NCBI GenBank assembly: GCA_044376115.1
Contig: JBILLK010000002.1
Location: 64,001 to 128,000 of the forward strand
Reading direction: 5' to 3'
DNA: 64,000 nt
Source: Polyangiaceae bacterium
GTDB taxonomy: Bacteria; Myxococcota_A; Polyangia; Polyangiales; Polyangiaceae
In this document: positions 46,307 through 56,538 of the stretch, in pieces
Position numbering within the stretch: position 1 is the stretch's first letter
How the letters are laid out: the number at the start of each line of letters is the position of its first letter
The notes under the pieces: model-generated
Seen by the model: the letters and a program-made list of their open reading frames with translations, nothing else
Databases searched by the model: none
Told to the model about the DNA's origin: nothing
Translations under genes and position numbers: made by a program

Positions 46307-48628
46307 TTGGGCCCACTAACTTGCGAGATTCGTGCCATTCGAATCGGAATTCGCCGAGCAGCGTGGATCGCTAGCGCCGTCGCCGTCATCGGCGGAGGTG
46401 CCGCTGCGCTTTGGATCAGTCGTGTGGAGCCGGTGCCCAGCGCACCAGCGTTGGCGCCTCAAACGGCTCCGAGCGAGCTTCCTGCTTCGAGCAAAGACGA
46501 CGATATCTCGACTGAGGCGCTCTATTTGAGTGATGGCGGGGATGACTACCGCCTGCTCGATCCGGACTCGGTTCGAGAGCTCGGCGTGGACGGTGTGGTC
46601 ACCTCGCTGTCGGATCTCAACATCCCGGTGACCAAACGCACGATGCGCTACGTGGCGCAGTTCGGTGCTGACGAAAAAGGTCGAAAGTCCTTCATTTCAC
46701 GCTTCTCGCGCGGCAATCGTTTCCGCGCCTTCATCGAGCGCGAGCTGCTCGAGGCCGGGATGCCTCAAGACTTGGTTTGGGTGGCTGCGATCGAGAGCGG
46801 CTTCCGGCCGCAGGCCGCCTCACCCAAAGGCGCGATGGGGCTGTTTCAGTTCATGCCGGAGACGGGTGCACAATACGGGCTACTGCTCAGCAACACGGTG
46901 GATGAACGGCGCAGCATCCCCAAGGCGACGCGCGCGGCGATCGCGCACCTCGAGACCCTGTACGAACACTACGGCGCTTGGGATCTAACGCTTGCGGCTT
47001 ACAACTGCGGGCAAGGTCGCGTGGACGCCGCCCTCGAGAAAGCCGCGCAAATCATCGGCGAGCGCGAGGATCCCATCCTCTTTCATGATCTCGCCGAACG
47101 AAAGCTGCTGCCCCGCGAGACGCTCGACTACGTACCGATGATTCAGGCTTTCGCGATCGTCGCGCACAACCGCGCGCAGCTCGAACTCGACAGCCTGACC
47201 CTGCCTGAGCCGATGAGCTTTGGCGAGGTCGCGGTACCGCTCGGGACGCCGCTGGCTACGGTCGCGTTGGCCGCTGATATATCGATCTCCGACCTGCGTG
47301 AGTACAACCCGGACCTGCTCTCCGACACCACCGGAGACGGCGAAGGAGACACCATCGTCCTCGTGCCAGCGGAGCGCCTTTCCCGTGTTGCCGCCGCGCT
47401 TCCCAGCCTGCTTTACGGCGCTGGCGCAAAGAAGTCGGCGAACGAAGAGGACGCAGAGGAGGAGGCCGAGGCGGACGCTGAGCCCGAGCCGACGCCCAGC
47501 GAAAGCGAGTCCCAGCCTACGGTCCTGCACGCGCTCGCCAATCGACCGGGTGCCTTCTTGTTGTCGAGCGGCGTGGTGGTCGTGCTCGTGAACGAGCCCG
47601 GCTCGCAAGTGAAGGTGAGTGCCAGCGTGGCGCTCCGCGACTGGTCCAAACCCGAAAAAACGCCGCTCTCGACCCACGTGATCGAAGAACGCGCGGTCCC
47701 GCTCAAGAAGCTCTCGCTCGAGCTGAAGAAGTTGCAACGCGACCTCGTGACGCAGGCGCGCAGCGTGTCGGCGCCCAAGCTCTACGCCAGCGTGCAAGCC
47801 GCGCGGCGCAAGCGCTACGACGCAGCGGAACTGCTTCCGTTCGAGCTGCTCTCCAACAAAGTGTTTCGCCTGGGCCACCCGCTTCACGGCTCGCTGCTCG
47901 TTGGCCCCACCCGCAACCAGGCCGATCGCATCGTCTCGGTGGAGCCCTTCTGGGCGGTGGAGACCACCGTCACCCTCAAAGGCAACGTCTCGGCCGAGAA
48001 GCACGCCGAGCTTTTGGAGGAAGTGTTCGTCGATCCGATGGCGCCACGGCGCCTGCCGCGTTTGCCCGAAGCAGCCCACGTTCGCCTCGCTCCGGTCGGC
48101 AAAGACTTGCTGCTCGGTTGGGGGGCCCATCCTTTCGCTCCGGGCGAAGATGTAGCTGCGGATCTGGCCTTTGCGCTGGCCTGCAATGACCGCTTCGGGC
48201 GCTTGCCGTCGCTGGTGGTACGCGACCGCAAGGTGGCCAAGTCGCTCAGCTGCGGCTTGGAAAAGAGCCCGGGGACGATCGTCGCCTGGGTGCGCGCGGC
48301 TCCGCAGGGCGATGAGCCCGCGACGACGCTCGAGCGCAGCGTGCTCGAAGCGCTCGTCGGCATCACCGGCCTCGGGCCCAATGAGGACGAGGTCGACACG
48401 GCGCGCGACTACCTGCGCGCCGATTGGGCTCGCCGCGTGAGCGCAGCGAAGTCGGAGCCCGAACGGCGGGTGCTCGAACGTGACCAAGAACGCACGCTCT
48501 CCCAGCTTGACGACATCTCGCGTGACGCCGTGTTGAACGCGTCTCGCAAGCTGTTTTCGACCAAGCGCCGGGTACTGATCACCTGGGACGGCACGCAGAA
48601 GCTGCCCGAAAAGCCGCTCAGCGACTGA
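46307..48628 (+). CDS. MltD-like lytic transglycosylase fused to degenerate M16 peptidase-like domains
   Basis: TM anchor; IESGF, GAMGLFQFMPETG, AAYNCG, LPRETLDYVP; LysM-like; M16-like LSSGVVVVLV...HVIEE; start uncertain. Confidence 0.8.
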   Translation: MGPLTCEIRAIRIGIRRAAWIASAVAVIGGGAAALWISRVEPVPSAPALAPQTAPSELPASSKDDDISTEALYLSDGGDDYRLLDPDSVRELGVDGVVTSLSDLNIPVTKRTMRYVAQFGADEKGRKSFISRFSRGNRFRAFIERELLEAGMPQDLVWVAAIESGFRPQAASPKGAMGLFQFMPETGAQYGLLLSNTVDERRSIPKATRAAIAHLETLYEHYGAWDLTLAAYNCGQGRVDAALEKAAQIIGEREDPILFHDLAERKLLPRETLDYVPMIQAFAIVAHNRAQLELDSLTLPEPMSFGEVAVPLGTPLATVALAADISISDLREYNPDLLSDTTGDGEGDTIVLVPAERLSRVAAALPSLLYGAGAKKSANEEDAEEEAEADAEPEPTPSESESQPTVLHALANRPGAFLLSSGVVVVLVNEPGSQVKVSASVALRDWSKPEKTPLSTHVIEERAVPLKKLSLELKKLQRDLVTQARSVSAPKLYASVQAARRKRYDAAELLPFELLSNKVFRLGHPLHGSLLVGPTRNQADRIVSVEPFWAVETTVTLKGNVSAEKHAELLEEVFVDPMAPRRLPRLPEAAHVRLAPVGKDLLLGWGAHPFAPGEDVAADLAFALACNDRFGRLPSLVVRDRKVAKSLSCGLEKSPGTIVAWVRAAPQGDEPATTLERSVLEALVGITGLGPNEDEVDTARDYLRADWARRVSAAKSEPERRVLERDQERTLSQLDDISRDAVLNASRKLFSTKRRVLITWDGTQKLPEKPLSD

Positions 48629-48635
48629 GCCCATC

Positions 48636-49679
48636 GTGATGAGGCCGCCTTTCAGCCGTGACCCCACGACCGCCGGCAGCCGACTCGTTAAGGCGATAGC
48701 CGGGCTGGTCGGGATTACGCTAGCCGGGGCCTCTGGCTTTTACGTGATCGGCGGCGGACGCTGGCCCTTCGCCGATTGCCTTTACATGACCGTGATGACG
48801 CTCACCACGGTCGGCTTTGGCGAGGTCTTACCCGGGTTCGCTGAAACACCGCACGCCCGCATGTTCAGCACCGGGCTGATGGTGGTTGGCGTTTCCGTCG
48901 TGGCCTACTCGGCTTCGTTGGTCGCCGCGGTGGTATTCGAGGGAGAGCTCTCGCGAGCGTTAGGGAACCGCAGGATGAACAAGACGCTGAACCGACTTTC
49001 TGACCACTACATCGTGTGCGGCGTGGGCTCGATGGGGATCCACATCGTCGAGGAGCTGGTTCGCACCGGGCAGGCCCTAGCGGTGATCGAGCAGGACGAT
49101 GAGCGCCTCTCGCGGCTGCAAGAAGCCTTTCCGGACGTGCCCTTCATCAAGGGAGACGCGACCGAGGACGATACCCTGTCAAGGGCCGGACTCGAGCGCG
49201 CCAAAGGTCTTTTTGCTGCGTTGTCGCACGACAAGGACAACCTGTTCGTGGTGATCAGCGCACGCCAGACCAACGCCAACGCACGCATCGTCGCACGCGC
49301 GATCGAGGGCAAGAGCGTGCAAAAACTCCGAACGGCCGGCGCCAACGCCACCGTGTCTCCCAACTATCTCGGTGGGCGGCGCATGGCCTCCGAGATGGTA
49401 CGGCCGCAGGTGGTCGCGTTCATGGACGTCGTGTCAAAGGATCGAGACCGCGAGTTCGACATCGAGGAGGTGAGCATCTCAGCAACCTCACAATATGCCG
49501 GTAAGACCTTGGCCGAGGCGCGCTTGCGGCAGACGGCCGACGCGCTGGTGCTAGCGGTGGATAGCGCAGACGGCTACCGCTATAACCCACCTGCGGACGC
49601 GGTCCTCACCGGCGGCGGCAAGATCATGGTTTTAGCGAACAGCGATGCTGTCGCCAAACTGCGCAAGTTGCTGGGATGA
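48636..49679 (+). CDS. Potassium channel with RCK (TrkA-N/C) domains
   Basis: 2 TM + filter TLTTVGFG, VCGVGSMG, GDAT, TrkA-C tail. Confidence 0.93.
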   Translation: MMRPPFSRDPTTAGSRLVKAIAGLVGITLAGASGFYVIGGGRWPFADCLYMTVMTLTTVGFGEVLPGFAETPHARMFSTGLMVVGVSVVAYSASLVAAVVFEGELSRALGNRRMNKTLNRLSDHYIVCGVGSMGIHIVEELVRTGQALAVIEQDDERLSRLQEAFPDVPFIKGDATEDDTLSRAGLERAKGLFAALSHDKDNLFVVISARQTNANARIVARAIEGKSVQKLRTAGANATVSPNYLGGRRMASEMVRPQVVAFMDVVSKDRDREFDIEEVSISATSQYAGKTLAEARLRQTADALVLAVDSADGYRYNPPADAVLTGGGKIMVLANSDAVAKLRKLLG

Positions 49680-51634
49680 GCGGGTTGCGCTCGCGCTTGG
49701 GCTGGGGGCTCTGGGGGCTCACGTGCGCTGTTCCGGCGCTCGCGGCTGCGCAAGAGCCTGCGGCGAGAGCGGAGCCAGCTCCTCCCAGCGAGCCCGTCCT
49801 TGACCCTTATCTCGATGAAGAGCCGATCGAGGTAACGGTGCGCGAGCCCGCACGAGCGGAGGGGAGCACGGTGCTAACGCGCGCCGAGGTCCGCGCGATC
49901 CCTGGCGCGTTCGGCGACCCGTTCCGCGTCATCGAGTCGGTGCCCAGCGTGGTGCCGCTCGCCTCTGGGGTGCCTTACTTCTATGTGCGAGGCGCGCCGC
50001 CGGGAGATGTCGGCTACTTTTTAGATGGTATTCGCGTGCCGCTCTTGTTTCATCTCGGGCTGGGGCCAAGCGTCGTGCACCCAGCGCTGATCGACCGGGT
50101 CGAGCTCGCCCCTGGCGCGAATCCCGAGCTTGGTCGCTACGCCGGTGGGGCCGTCCTAGGAACGCTGACGGCTCCGCGGGAAGACCTTCGCGTCGAGGGC
50201 AATTTACGCCTTGTCGATACTGGAGCCTTCCTCGAGGTGCCCTTCGATGAAGGCCGCGGTAGCGCTTTTGCGGCCGGACGCGTGGCCTACACCGCGCTTT
50301 TGTTCTCCCTCGTCAACTCGTCGGCGGTGCTGAACTATTGGGATTACGCCGGCCGCGTCAGCTACGAGGTTGCCAAGGGGCAGACGGTTAGCTTGTTCGG
50401 CTTTGGCGCCTATGACTACTTGGCCGAAAAGCGTGAGGACGGCCCGGATGAGCGGCTTTTCGATACAATGTTCCATCGTATCGACCTGGGCTACGACGTA
50501 GATATCAATCCGCGGACGCGGGTCGAACAGGACGTGATCCTCGGCTTTGACCAGACCCACCTCGGTACCGATCAGAAGGTTGTCGATCGCGCGCTCACTC
50601 TGCGCAGCACGCTGCGACACGTGGTCGACGACGACGTCGAACTCCGCGCCGGCTTCGACTTGACGGTGGATGACTACTTCGTCGACCTCGAGGAGGAGGA
50701 GGGGAGCGGCTTCGCTTCCTTCTTTCGTTCCCGCGAGGATCTCGCGGCTGGCGCATTTCTGTTGATGCCGCTTCAGCTCCCGGGTGGGCTCTCGCTGTTG
50801 CCCTCGTTGCGAGCGGACCTTTACGTCTCCGAGGGCAAGAACGCGTTCGGTTTTGACCCGAACCTCTCGGCGCGGTTCGCCCTGCTGCCGCAGCTCGCGC
50901 TGCTCACTTCGCACGGTCTAGCTTCCCAGCCGCCGAGCTTCATCGTGGCTGGACCCGGCTTTCGCCCCGGGCTGGATGAAGGCGGCTTGCAACGCGCGTT
51001 CTCGTCGAGCGTTGGGGTCGAGGCCAAGCCCTCGGAGGATTGGCTGCTCAAGGCGGCGGTTTATCGCACGGCCTTCTTCGACATCAACGATGCGTTAGGG
51101 ACTTCGGCCTTGGCCGGGGAAGGTTTCCCCGGCGGCTTCGAGGACTTCAACCCTCGCTTCGACGGCACGAGCCTAGGGCTCGAGCTCTCGGCCAAACGTA
51201 GGTTTAGCAAGACCATTGGGGCGATCCTCAGCTACAGCCTCGGCCGCTCCGAACGCAGGGATGCCCGAGGCCAGCGTTTTCCCTCCGGCTTCGATCGCAC
51301 CCACGTAGCTTCGGCGGCGCTCTCCTTCGACTTTGGCGCGGGTTACAAGGGCGGTATTCGGCAGTTGCTTTACACCGGTACGCCGCTGCTCGACGTGAGC
51401 GGGAGCGCGCCGCGGGTCAAAGAGCGGTTGCCGCCGTTCTATCGCATGGACTTCCGCCTGGAGAAGCGCTTCACCATCGGTAAAACCGGCTTCGTGACGA
51501 TGGTGCTGGAGGCGCTCAACAGCTTCTTGGCGGACGAGGTGCTCGGTGAGTCGTGCGATGAGCAGGGCCGCTGCGAGCAGACCACGCTGGGGCCGATCGC
51601 CATTCCCAGTTTTGGGGTCGAGGGCGGTTACTGA
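49676..51634 (+). CDS. TonB-dependent receptor (myxobacterial short type)
   Basis: Plug IPGAFGDPFRVIES.P.V, VRG, DGIRVP.LFH; barrel FDRTH, RMDFRLEK. Confidence 0.88.
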   Translation: MSGLRSRLGWGLWGLTCAVPALAAAQEPAARAEPAPPSEPVLDPYLDEEPIEVTVREPARAEGSTVLTRAEVRAIPGAFGDPFRVIESVPSVVPLASGVPYFYVRGAPPGDVGYFLDGIRVPLLFHLGLGPSVVHPALIDRVELAPGANPELGRYAGGAVLGTLTAPREDLRVEGNLRLVDTGAFLEVPFDEGRGSAFAAGRVAYTALLFSLVNSSAVLNYWDYAGRVSYEVAKGQTVSLFGFGAYDYLAEKREDGPDERLFDTMFHRIDLGYDVDINPRTRVEQDVILGFDQTHLGTDQKVVDRALTLRSTLRHVVDDDVELRAGFDLTVDDYFVDLEEEEGSGFASFFRSREDLAAGAFLLMPLQLPGGLSLLPSLRADLYVSEGKNAFGFDPNLSARFALLPQLALLTSHGLASQPPSFIVAGPGFRPGLDEGGLQRAFSSSVGVEAKPSEDWLLKAAVYRTAFFDINDALGTSALAGEGFPGGFEDFNPRFDGTSLGLELSAKRRFSKTIGAILSYSLGRSERRDARGQRFPSGFDRTHVASAALSFDFGAGYKGGIRQLLYTGTPLLDVSGSAPRVKERLPPFYRMDFRLEKRFTIGKTGFVTMVLEALNSFLADEVLGESCDEQGRCEQTTLGPIAIPSFGVEGGY

Positions 51635-51661
51635 GCGCACGCGCGCCTGTATGCTGCGCCG

Positions 51662-53278
51662 ATGAAGAGCCCGAGCGAGAAGCCTTGGAGTCGCCATATC
51701 CCTCCAGGCGCTTGGGACTACATCGTTATTGGGTCGGGCATTGGCGGCATGGTGGCTGCGGCGCTGCTCGCCAAGTTGGGCAAGCGGGTGCTCGTGCTCG
51801 AACAGCACTATGTACCTGGCGGCTTCACTCATACTTTTAAGCGCAAACAGTGGTCGTGGGACGTCGGCGTTCACGCTGTCGGCGAGGTGACTACCCATTC
51901 GTTGCCCGGTCGGGTCTTGGCGGCCCTAACCGATAACGCGCTCAAGTGGCATTCGCTTGGGCCGGTCTACGACGAGTTCCACTATCCCGACGGCTTTCGT
52001 ATCGACTTCCCCGATACGCCGCGCAAGTTTCGCGAAAACCTGATCGCTGCGTTCCCTGACGAAGAGCAGGCGATTCACCAGTACTTCGCCAAAGTGCGTG
52101 AGGTCGCCGTCTCGATGAAGGGCTACTACCTCGGCAAGTTGCTGCCCGGCGGTTGGCCGTCGCGCGCGGCCAATCAGCTGCTTGCGGCGCGCGCTCGGCA
52201 CTACTTGGATTTGCGCGTCAAACAGGTCGTGGATGAATTGACCGACAACGAGCGGCTCAAGACGGTGTTGACCTCCCAATGGGGTTATTACGGTTCGCCG
52301 CCGAGTCGAGCCTCGTTTGGCATGCAGGCGCTCGTGACCAAGCACTTCGAGCATGGCGGTTATTATCCAGTAGGCGGCTCAGGGCAGATCGCCCATACGC
52401 TATTGAGCACGGTCGCGCGGGCAGGCGGCGCTACGGCCATCCACGCCGGTGTGCGGCGAATTACCCTCGAGCAAGGCCAGGTATCCGGCGTCGAGCTTGA
52501 GGACGGTCGCAAGGTCCTTTGCAAGAAGGTTATCAGCGCGGCGGGCGTGGCCGCCACGGTGAGCCGCTTGCTTCCCGATGAGATCGCCCATGCGGCCTGG
52601 GCCGAGCGCGTCGCCGCATTGCCCAAAGCTCCGGCTCACGTATGCCTCTATCTGGGCTTTCGCGGCGATATTCGAGCCGCTGGAGCTTCGGCGGCCAACC
52701 GTTGGTTTTACGAGACCTGGAGCTCGCAAGCCGAGGCCTGGGAGGTTACCGCGGATGGGCCGCTGCCCGACGCCCCAGTGCTTTACTGCTCATTCCCGTC
52801 GCTCAAAGATCCGAACCACGAGCCCGGTCCGCAAGAGCTTCACACCGGGGAGGTCGTTACTTTCGTTCCTTGGTCGCTGTTCGAGCCATACAAGGACGCG
52901 CAATGGCAAAAGCGGGGAGGGGAGTACAGCCGTCTAAAGGAAAGGCTGCATCAGCACCTGCTCGAGCAGTTCCTGCGTCACATGCCCGATCTACGCGACA
53001 AGATCGCTCACGCGGAGCTCTCGACGCCAGCAACCACACATCACTTCGTCAGGCCGATGAACGGATCGATCTACGGCCTCGAGCCTACGCCCGAGCGCTT
53101 CCGAGTCGATGAACTGCGGCCTGTGTCGCCGGTTCCGGGGCTGAGCTTTGCCGGCTCCGAGGTGTCAGCTGTTGGTGTGATCGGTGCCGCGATGGGAGGC
53201 GTGCTCGCGGCGGTCTCCGCTGAACCGCTGCGCGGAATGCGCTGGCTGGCCAAGGTCTCGCGCCGGCCGAGAGCGTGA
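51662..53278 (+). CDS. Phytoene desaturase / retinol saturase-like FAD oxidoreductase
   Basis: IGSGIGG, LEQHYVPGGFTHTF, DVGVH, YPVGG, STP.T, GSIYGL. Confidence 0.9.
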   Translation: MKSPSEKPWSRHIPPGAWDYIVIGSGIGGMVAAALLAKLGKRVLVLEQHYVPGGFTHTFKRKQWSWDVGVHAVGEVTTHSLPGRVLAALTDNALKWHSLGPVYDEFHYPDGFRIDFPDTPRKFRENLIAAFPDEEQAIHQYFAKVREVAVSMKGYYLGKLLPGGWPSRAANQLLAARARHYLDLRVKQVVDELTDNERLKTVLTSQWGYYGSPPSRASFGMQALVTKHFEHGGYYPVGGSGQIAHTLLSTVARAGGATAIHAGVRRITLEQGQVSGVELEDGRKVLCKKVISAAGVAATVSRLLPDEIAHAAWAERVAALPKAPAHVCLYLGFRGDIRAAGASAANRWFYETWSSQAEAWEVTADGPLPDAPVLYCSFPSLKDPNHEPGPQELHTGEVVTFVPWSLFEPYKDAQWQKRGGEYSRLKERLHQHLLEQFLRHMPDLRDKIAHAELSTPATTHHFVRPMNGSIYGLEPTPERFRVDELRPVSPVPGLSFAGSEVSAVGVIGAAMGGVLAAVSAEPLRGMRWLAKVSRRPRA

Positions 53279-53344
53279 GTTGCGAAAGGTGAACGTGATT
53301 CGCATTTCGTAGATCCATCGCCAGGGTTCAGCGTCCAAGAGGTC

Positions 53345-53917
53345 ATGAAGCTCTTGGCCCACCTATCGTTCTCTGTGCTGTGTCTTGCGTGCGCGGCCTG
53401 CGCCTCAACGCCGGCTCCCTCCGCCCAAAGCCCGAACCAGGGCAATCCTACCGTGCCCACAGCGACTGCTCCGCCGGCTTCCGCAGAATCGATCTTCAGG
53501 CTGGCGGCGGGCGAACTTCCCGGTTCAAACGGGCACCGCTGGGGCTCTCGAAGCTATGAGATCCGCCGAACTGCCTCCGGGGTGGAGCTGCGTCTGCACG
53601 ACGTAACCCGCTTTCAAGGCAGCGGAATGAGCCCCCACCAGATGCCGGCCGCTTCGCACCAGTGCTCGGCGTGGGAGCCGCTGTCCGCGGCCGCGAGCGA
53701 GTTGGTGAGTCAGCGTTTGGGCAGCGCTGAAGGTGAGGCGTTCGAGTGTCAGAGCCACGCAGAGGTTTGTGCGACACTCGTCCAGTTCCTGAAGGACAGC
53801 GCCGTGGTGCCACCGCCGACTGCAACTAGCCCTGCCAGCGGCGCCTCGAGCGATACGCCGATGATGCCCCCCGAGCGACAGGCCCCAACCTACGGGCGTG
53901 GACTCGGCGGCTGTTAG
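53345..53917 (+). CDS. Hypothetical lipoprotein ending PTYGRGLGGC
   Basis: Lipobox CAAC, Pro linkers. Confidence 0.7.
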   Translation: MKLLAHLSFSVLCLACAACASTPAPSAQSPNQGNPTVPTATAPPASAESIFRLAAGELPGSNGHRWGSRSYEIRRTASGVELRLHDVTRFQGSGMSPHQMPAASHQCSAWEPLSAAASELVSQRLGSAEGEAFECQSHAEVCATLVQFLKDSAVVPPPTATSPASGASSDTPMMPPERQAPTYGRGLGGC

Positions 53918-54609
53918 GGAATGATCTCAAGCAGGTCACCGGCGCAAACGTCGGCGCCGGTGAGATCGACCGGGACGCCGTCGAGCGAGACCGAGAGCTG
54001 GAACGGGACCTCCTCGAACGGCGTGCAGCCTTCACCCTCCCAGGCGCCAACAACGATGTATGCGGAGCCAGCCGCGAGCGTGGTGCTGCCACCTTGCGGG
54101 CAGGCATAGCCCTGCGGGTTAGCGACCGTGCACGGCACTTCTTCATCGAACAGAAGGCTCGCTCCGCTTGGATCAATCAGCGCGGCAAAAAGGTCCGCGC
54201 CCAAGTCCGAGCCAACGTTGTCGGCCCGAAGTTGCAGGCAGGCTCCCGCGGGAATGCCGTCGATCCTGAAGGCCTTCCCCGGCCAGAACACACCGCTGTC
54301 CTCCGGGCAGATCGTGCTGCTCGCACGCTCTGCGCTGAAGTCGGTTGGGCCGGTGCATTCTTCCAGCACCACCTCGGTGATGGGAAGCACGTCACAAGCC
54401 GGCTCTGCGCCGCCCGCGCCACCTTGCGACATTCCGCCGTTGCCGCCTTGTGCGCCCTGGCCGCCCGAAGAGGGCCCTGAACTCGAGTCGCCCCCACCGA
54501 GCCCGCCCGTTCCGCCGGTGCTCCCGGCTCCACCACTTTGCGCCCCGTCATCCCCGCAGGCCGAGATGCTAATGGCCAATCCGAAGATAGCTATGTAAAG
54601 CTGATTCAT
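53914..54609 (-). CDS. Lipoprotein with Gly linker and PPC-like beta-sandwich
   Basis: Lipobox ISAC; D....LIDPSG.....DE, G.AYIVV. Confidence 0.75.
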   Translation of the reverse strand: MNQLYIAIFGLAISISACGDDGAQSGGAGSTGGTGGLGGGDSSSGPSSGGQGAQGGNGGMSQGGAGGAEPACDVLPITEVVLEECTGPTDFSAERASSTICPEDSGVFWPGKAFRIDGIPAGACLQLRADNVGSDLGADLFAALIDPSGASLLFDEEVPCTVANPQGYACPQGGSTTLAAGSAYIVVGAWEGEGCTPFEEVPFQLSVSLDGVPVDLTGADVCAGDLLEIIP

Positions 54610-55067
54610 GGTTCGGTAGGCCTTGTGTAAGCGCACGTTGTACCAGCGTTAGCCTCCACCAGCGCGCCCGCGTTGGTCGTTAGGGTCTGCGGCAGCGGCT
54701 TCGCTCCGCCGAGCTCCCCACCCTTGGTGATTGTGAGGGTGATTACGGTGCCGGCGACCGTGAACGTTCCCGACCGTTCCATGACGCCGGACCACACACA
54801 GTTGGCCCCCAGCGGGCAGGGCGACATCAGGTCTTTTGCGGTAAACGTCCCGCCTTCCCGGAACTCAAGCTCACGCGCGTAGTTACGCGACCCGCAGGAT
54901 GCGCTGCGGAAAAGGCCGAGGGGGCTTTGTGCCGGGGGCAATGGCGAAGTCGTCGCTGTTGCGGGCCCTGGCGGCGGAAGGTCTACGCTGACACTCGCGT
55001 CGCCCGGCGGCGAGCTGGCGCAGGCGACCAATTGCAGAGCGGCCAGCAAAAATAGCGACCACTTCAT
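54606..55067 (-). CDS. Lipoprotein, NlpE/lipocalin-like beta domain
   Basis: Lipobox LVAC; LEFREGGTF, PCP.GA.CVWSG, GTFTV.GT.ITL. Confidence 0.7.
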   Translation of the reverse strand: MKWSLFLLAALQLVACASSPPGDASVSVDLPPPGPATATTSPLPPAQSPLGLFRSASCGSRNYARELEFREGGTFTAKDLMSPCPLGANCVWSGVMERSGTFTVAGTVITLTITKGGELGGAKPLPQTLTTNAGALVEANAGTTCAYTRPTEP

Positions 55068-55069
55068 CT

Positions 55070-56461
55070 TCAGGGCGTCGCCGGGGAGCTGAGGTTTTGC
55101 GGTGTGGAGGGCGCGCTCACGAAATCCGCCGTGTTGTTCTGCGTATCGACGCAATTGCCCAGCGCGCCGCCGGGTAGACGCTCCAAGCTGACCGCGAGGT
55201 TGTTGGTACAGTTGGCAACGATGCCCTTGTCAAAGGGAGTGCCTTCACACTCGTAGCCAGCTCCGAAGGTGAAGCCGCAGCTGAAGCAGACCGCGTCCAC
55301 GGTGGTGGCGCCGTTGCGAACAATCACGCTTGAGTAGTCCCCGATGCCGCTCGACAAGGAGCCGTCTTTGACGGGAGGCCCTGCGTAGGCCGTTCCACCG
55401 AGCAACAGGTGACCGCCGGGCGGGACGACCTGTCCGGTACCGGTGAAGCGAACGCCGTAGGACATCGCTGTGTCGGAACGAGCCTGTACGGTCCAACTGC
55501 TCGACATGGTGACTGGGCTGGTGCCAGGGTTGAACAGCTCGACAAAGTCATCGTTGCCGCCTGCCGTACCGCGCGCTCGAACCTCGCTGATGATGAGCAC
55601 GCCTTCGTTCGGCGTGCATGAGCACGTCCCGGCGCCGTTACAAGCGCCCGTTTCGCAATCGGCCCCGCTGTCGCAGTCTTCACCAAAGCCGCAGGCGTCG
55701 CATACCCCGCCGCAGTCCACGTCGGACTCATCTTGGTTCTTGACGCCGTCACTGCAGGTCGCAGCGCAAGAGCCGCTAACGCAAGAGCCGGTGACGCAGT
55801 CCCCCGCGACGCTGCAGTCCTCGCCCTCGAGGCAGCCGCTGCAATCCGGTCCGCCGCAATCCACGTCGGTCTCGGCGCCGTTCTTTGTGTTGTCGCCACA
55901 GCCGGCGGGCGCACAAGTGAAGATGTCGGTGCAGATCATGCTGGGGCAGTCGATGTCGTCGATGCACTCGACGCACTCGGCAGCGGCGTTGCAGAACTCG
56001 TTATTTCCGCAGTCTGCGCCTACCGCCTTCGGCAGGATCATCGCCATGCCGGCAACGCAGCTTTCGCTCGTGCACTCGTTGGTATCGCTTGGAGTATCGG
56101 AGTTGTCCTCCTGCCCGACGATGATCCCCGCGCCGTCACAAACGCGCTTCAAGCAGTCACCAGCCATTTGATCGCGCGCCAAGGTCCCCGCTTCTGTTGC
56201 ATCCACGCCGCAGGTGCCGGCTTCGCAGGTTCGCGTGCCGCACTCGTTGTCTTCGCCGGGGCAGTCTGCGGGGCCGGTGCAGCTCGCCGGGGCACCGCCC
56301 TCACCGCCCTGCCCGCCACCGCCGGCGTTCGTTCCTCCGGTGTTGGGTGCGCCGCCCTCCACCAACGTGTCGGTGTACACGTCACAGCCTGCTGCGCCGA
56401 GCAGCGCGGCCAAAACCCAGCCGAAGGTTGCCGTTGGCGTGATGCGCAAGGAGCTAAGCAT
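55070..56461 (-). CDS. Cys-rich lipoprotein with lamin-tail domain
   Basis: Lipobox AAGC; CxDxxKNxxExDVDCGG x2; LIISEV...DFVELFNPG, DTQNNTADF...TP. Confidence 0.88.
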   Translation of the reverse strand: MLSSLRITPTATFGWVLAALLGAAGCDVYTDTLVEGGAPNTGGTNAGGGGQGGEGGAPASCTGPADCPGEDNECGTRTCEAGTCGVDATEAGTLARDQMAGDCLKRVCDGAGIIVGQEDNSDTPSDTNECTSESCVAGMAMILPKAVGADCGNNEFCNAAAECVECIDDIDCPSMICTDIFTCAPAGCGDNTKNGAETDVDCGGPDCSGCLEGEDCSVAGDCVTGSCVSGSCAATCSDGVKNQDESDVDCGGVCDACGFGEDCDSGADCETGACNGAGTCSCTPNEGVLIISEVRARGTAGGNDDFVELFNPGTSPVTMSSSWTVQARSDTAMSYGVRFTGTGQVVPPGGHLLLGGTAYAGPPVKDGSLSSGIGDYSSVIVRNGATTVDAVCFSCGFTFGAGYECEGTPFDKGIVANCTNNLAVSLERLPGGALGNCVDTQNNTADFVSAPSTPQNLSSPATP

Positions 56462-56538
56462 GGGCCCGGCATAGCCGACCCCGCGATGCGCCTCAAGCCG
56501 CAGCCGAAGCTTCAATCCGCAGCGACCCGAAGGTGCTG

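Noticed and set aside
51662..53278. Carotenoid cluster (crtI)
   Set aside because: No crtB/crtE/crtY neighbours; closer in pattern to retinol-saturase-like oxidoreductases
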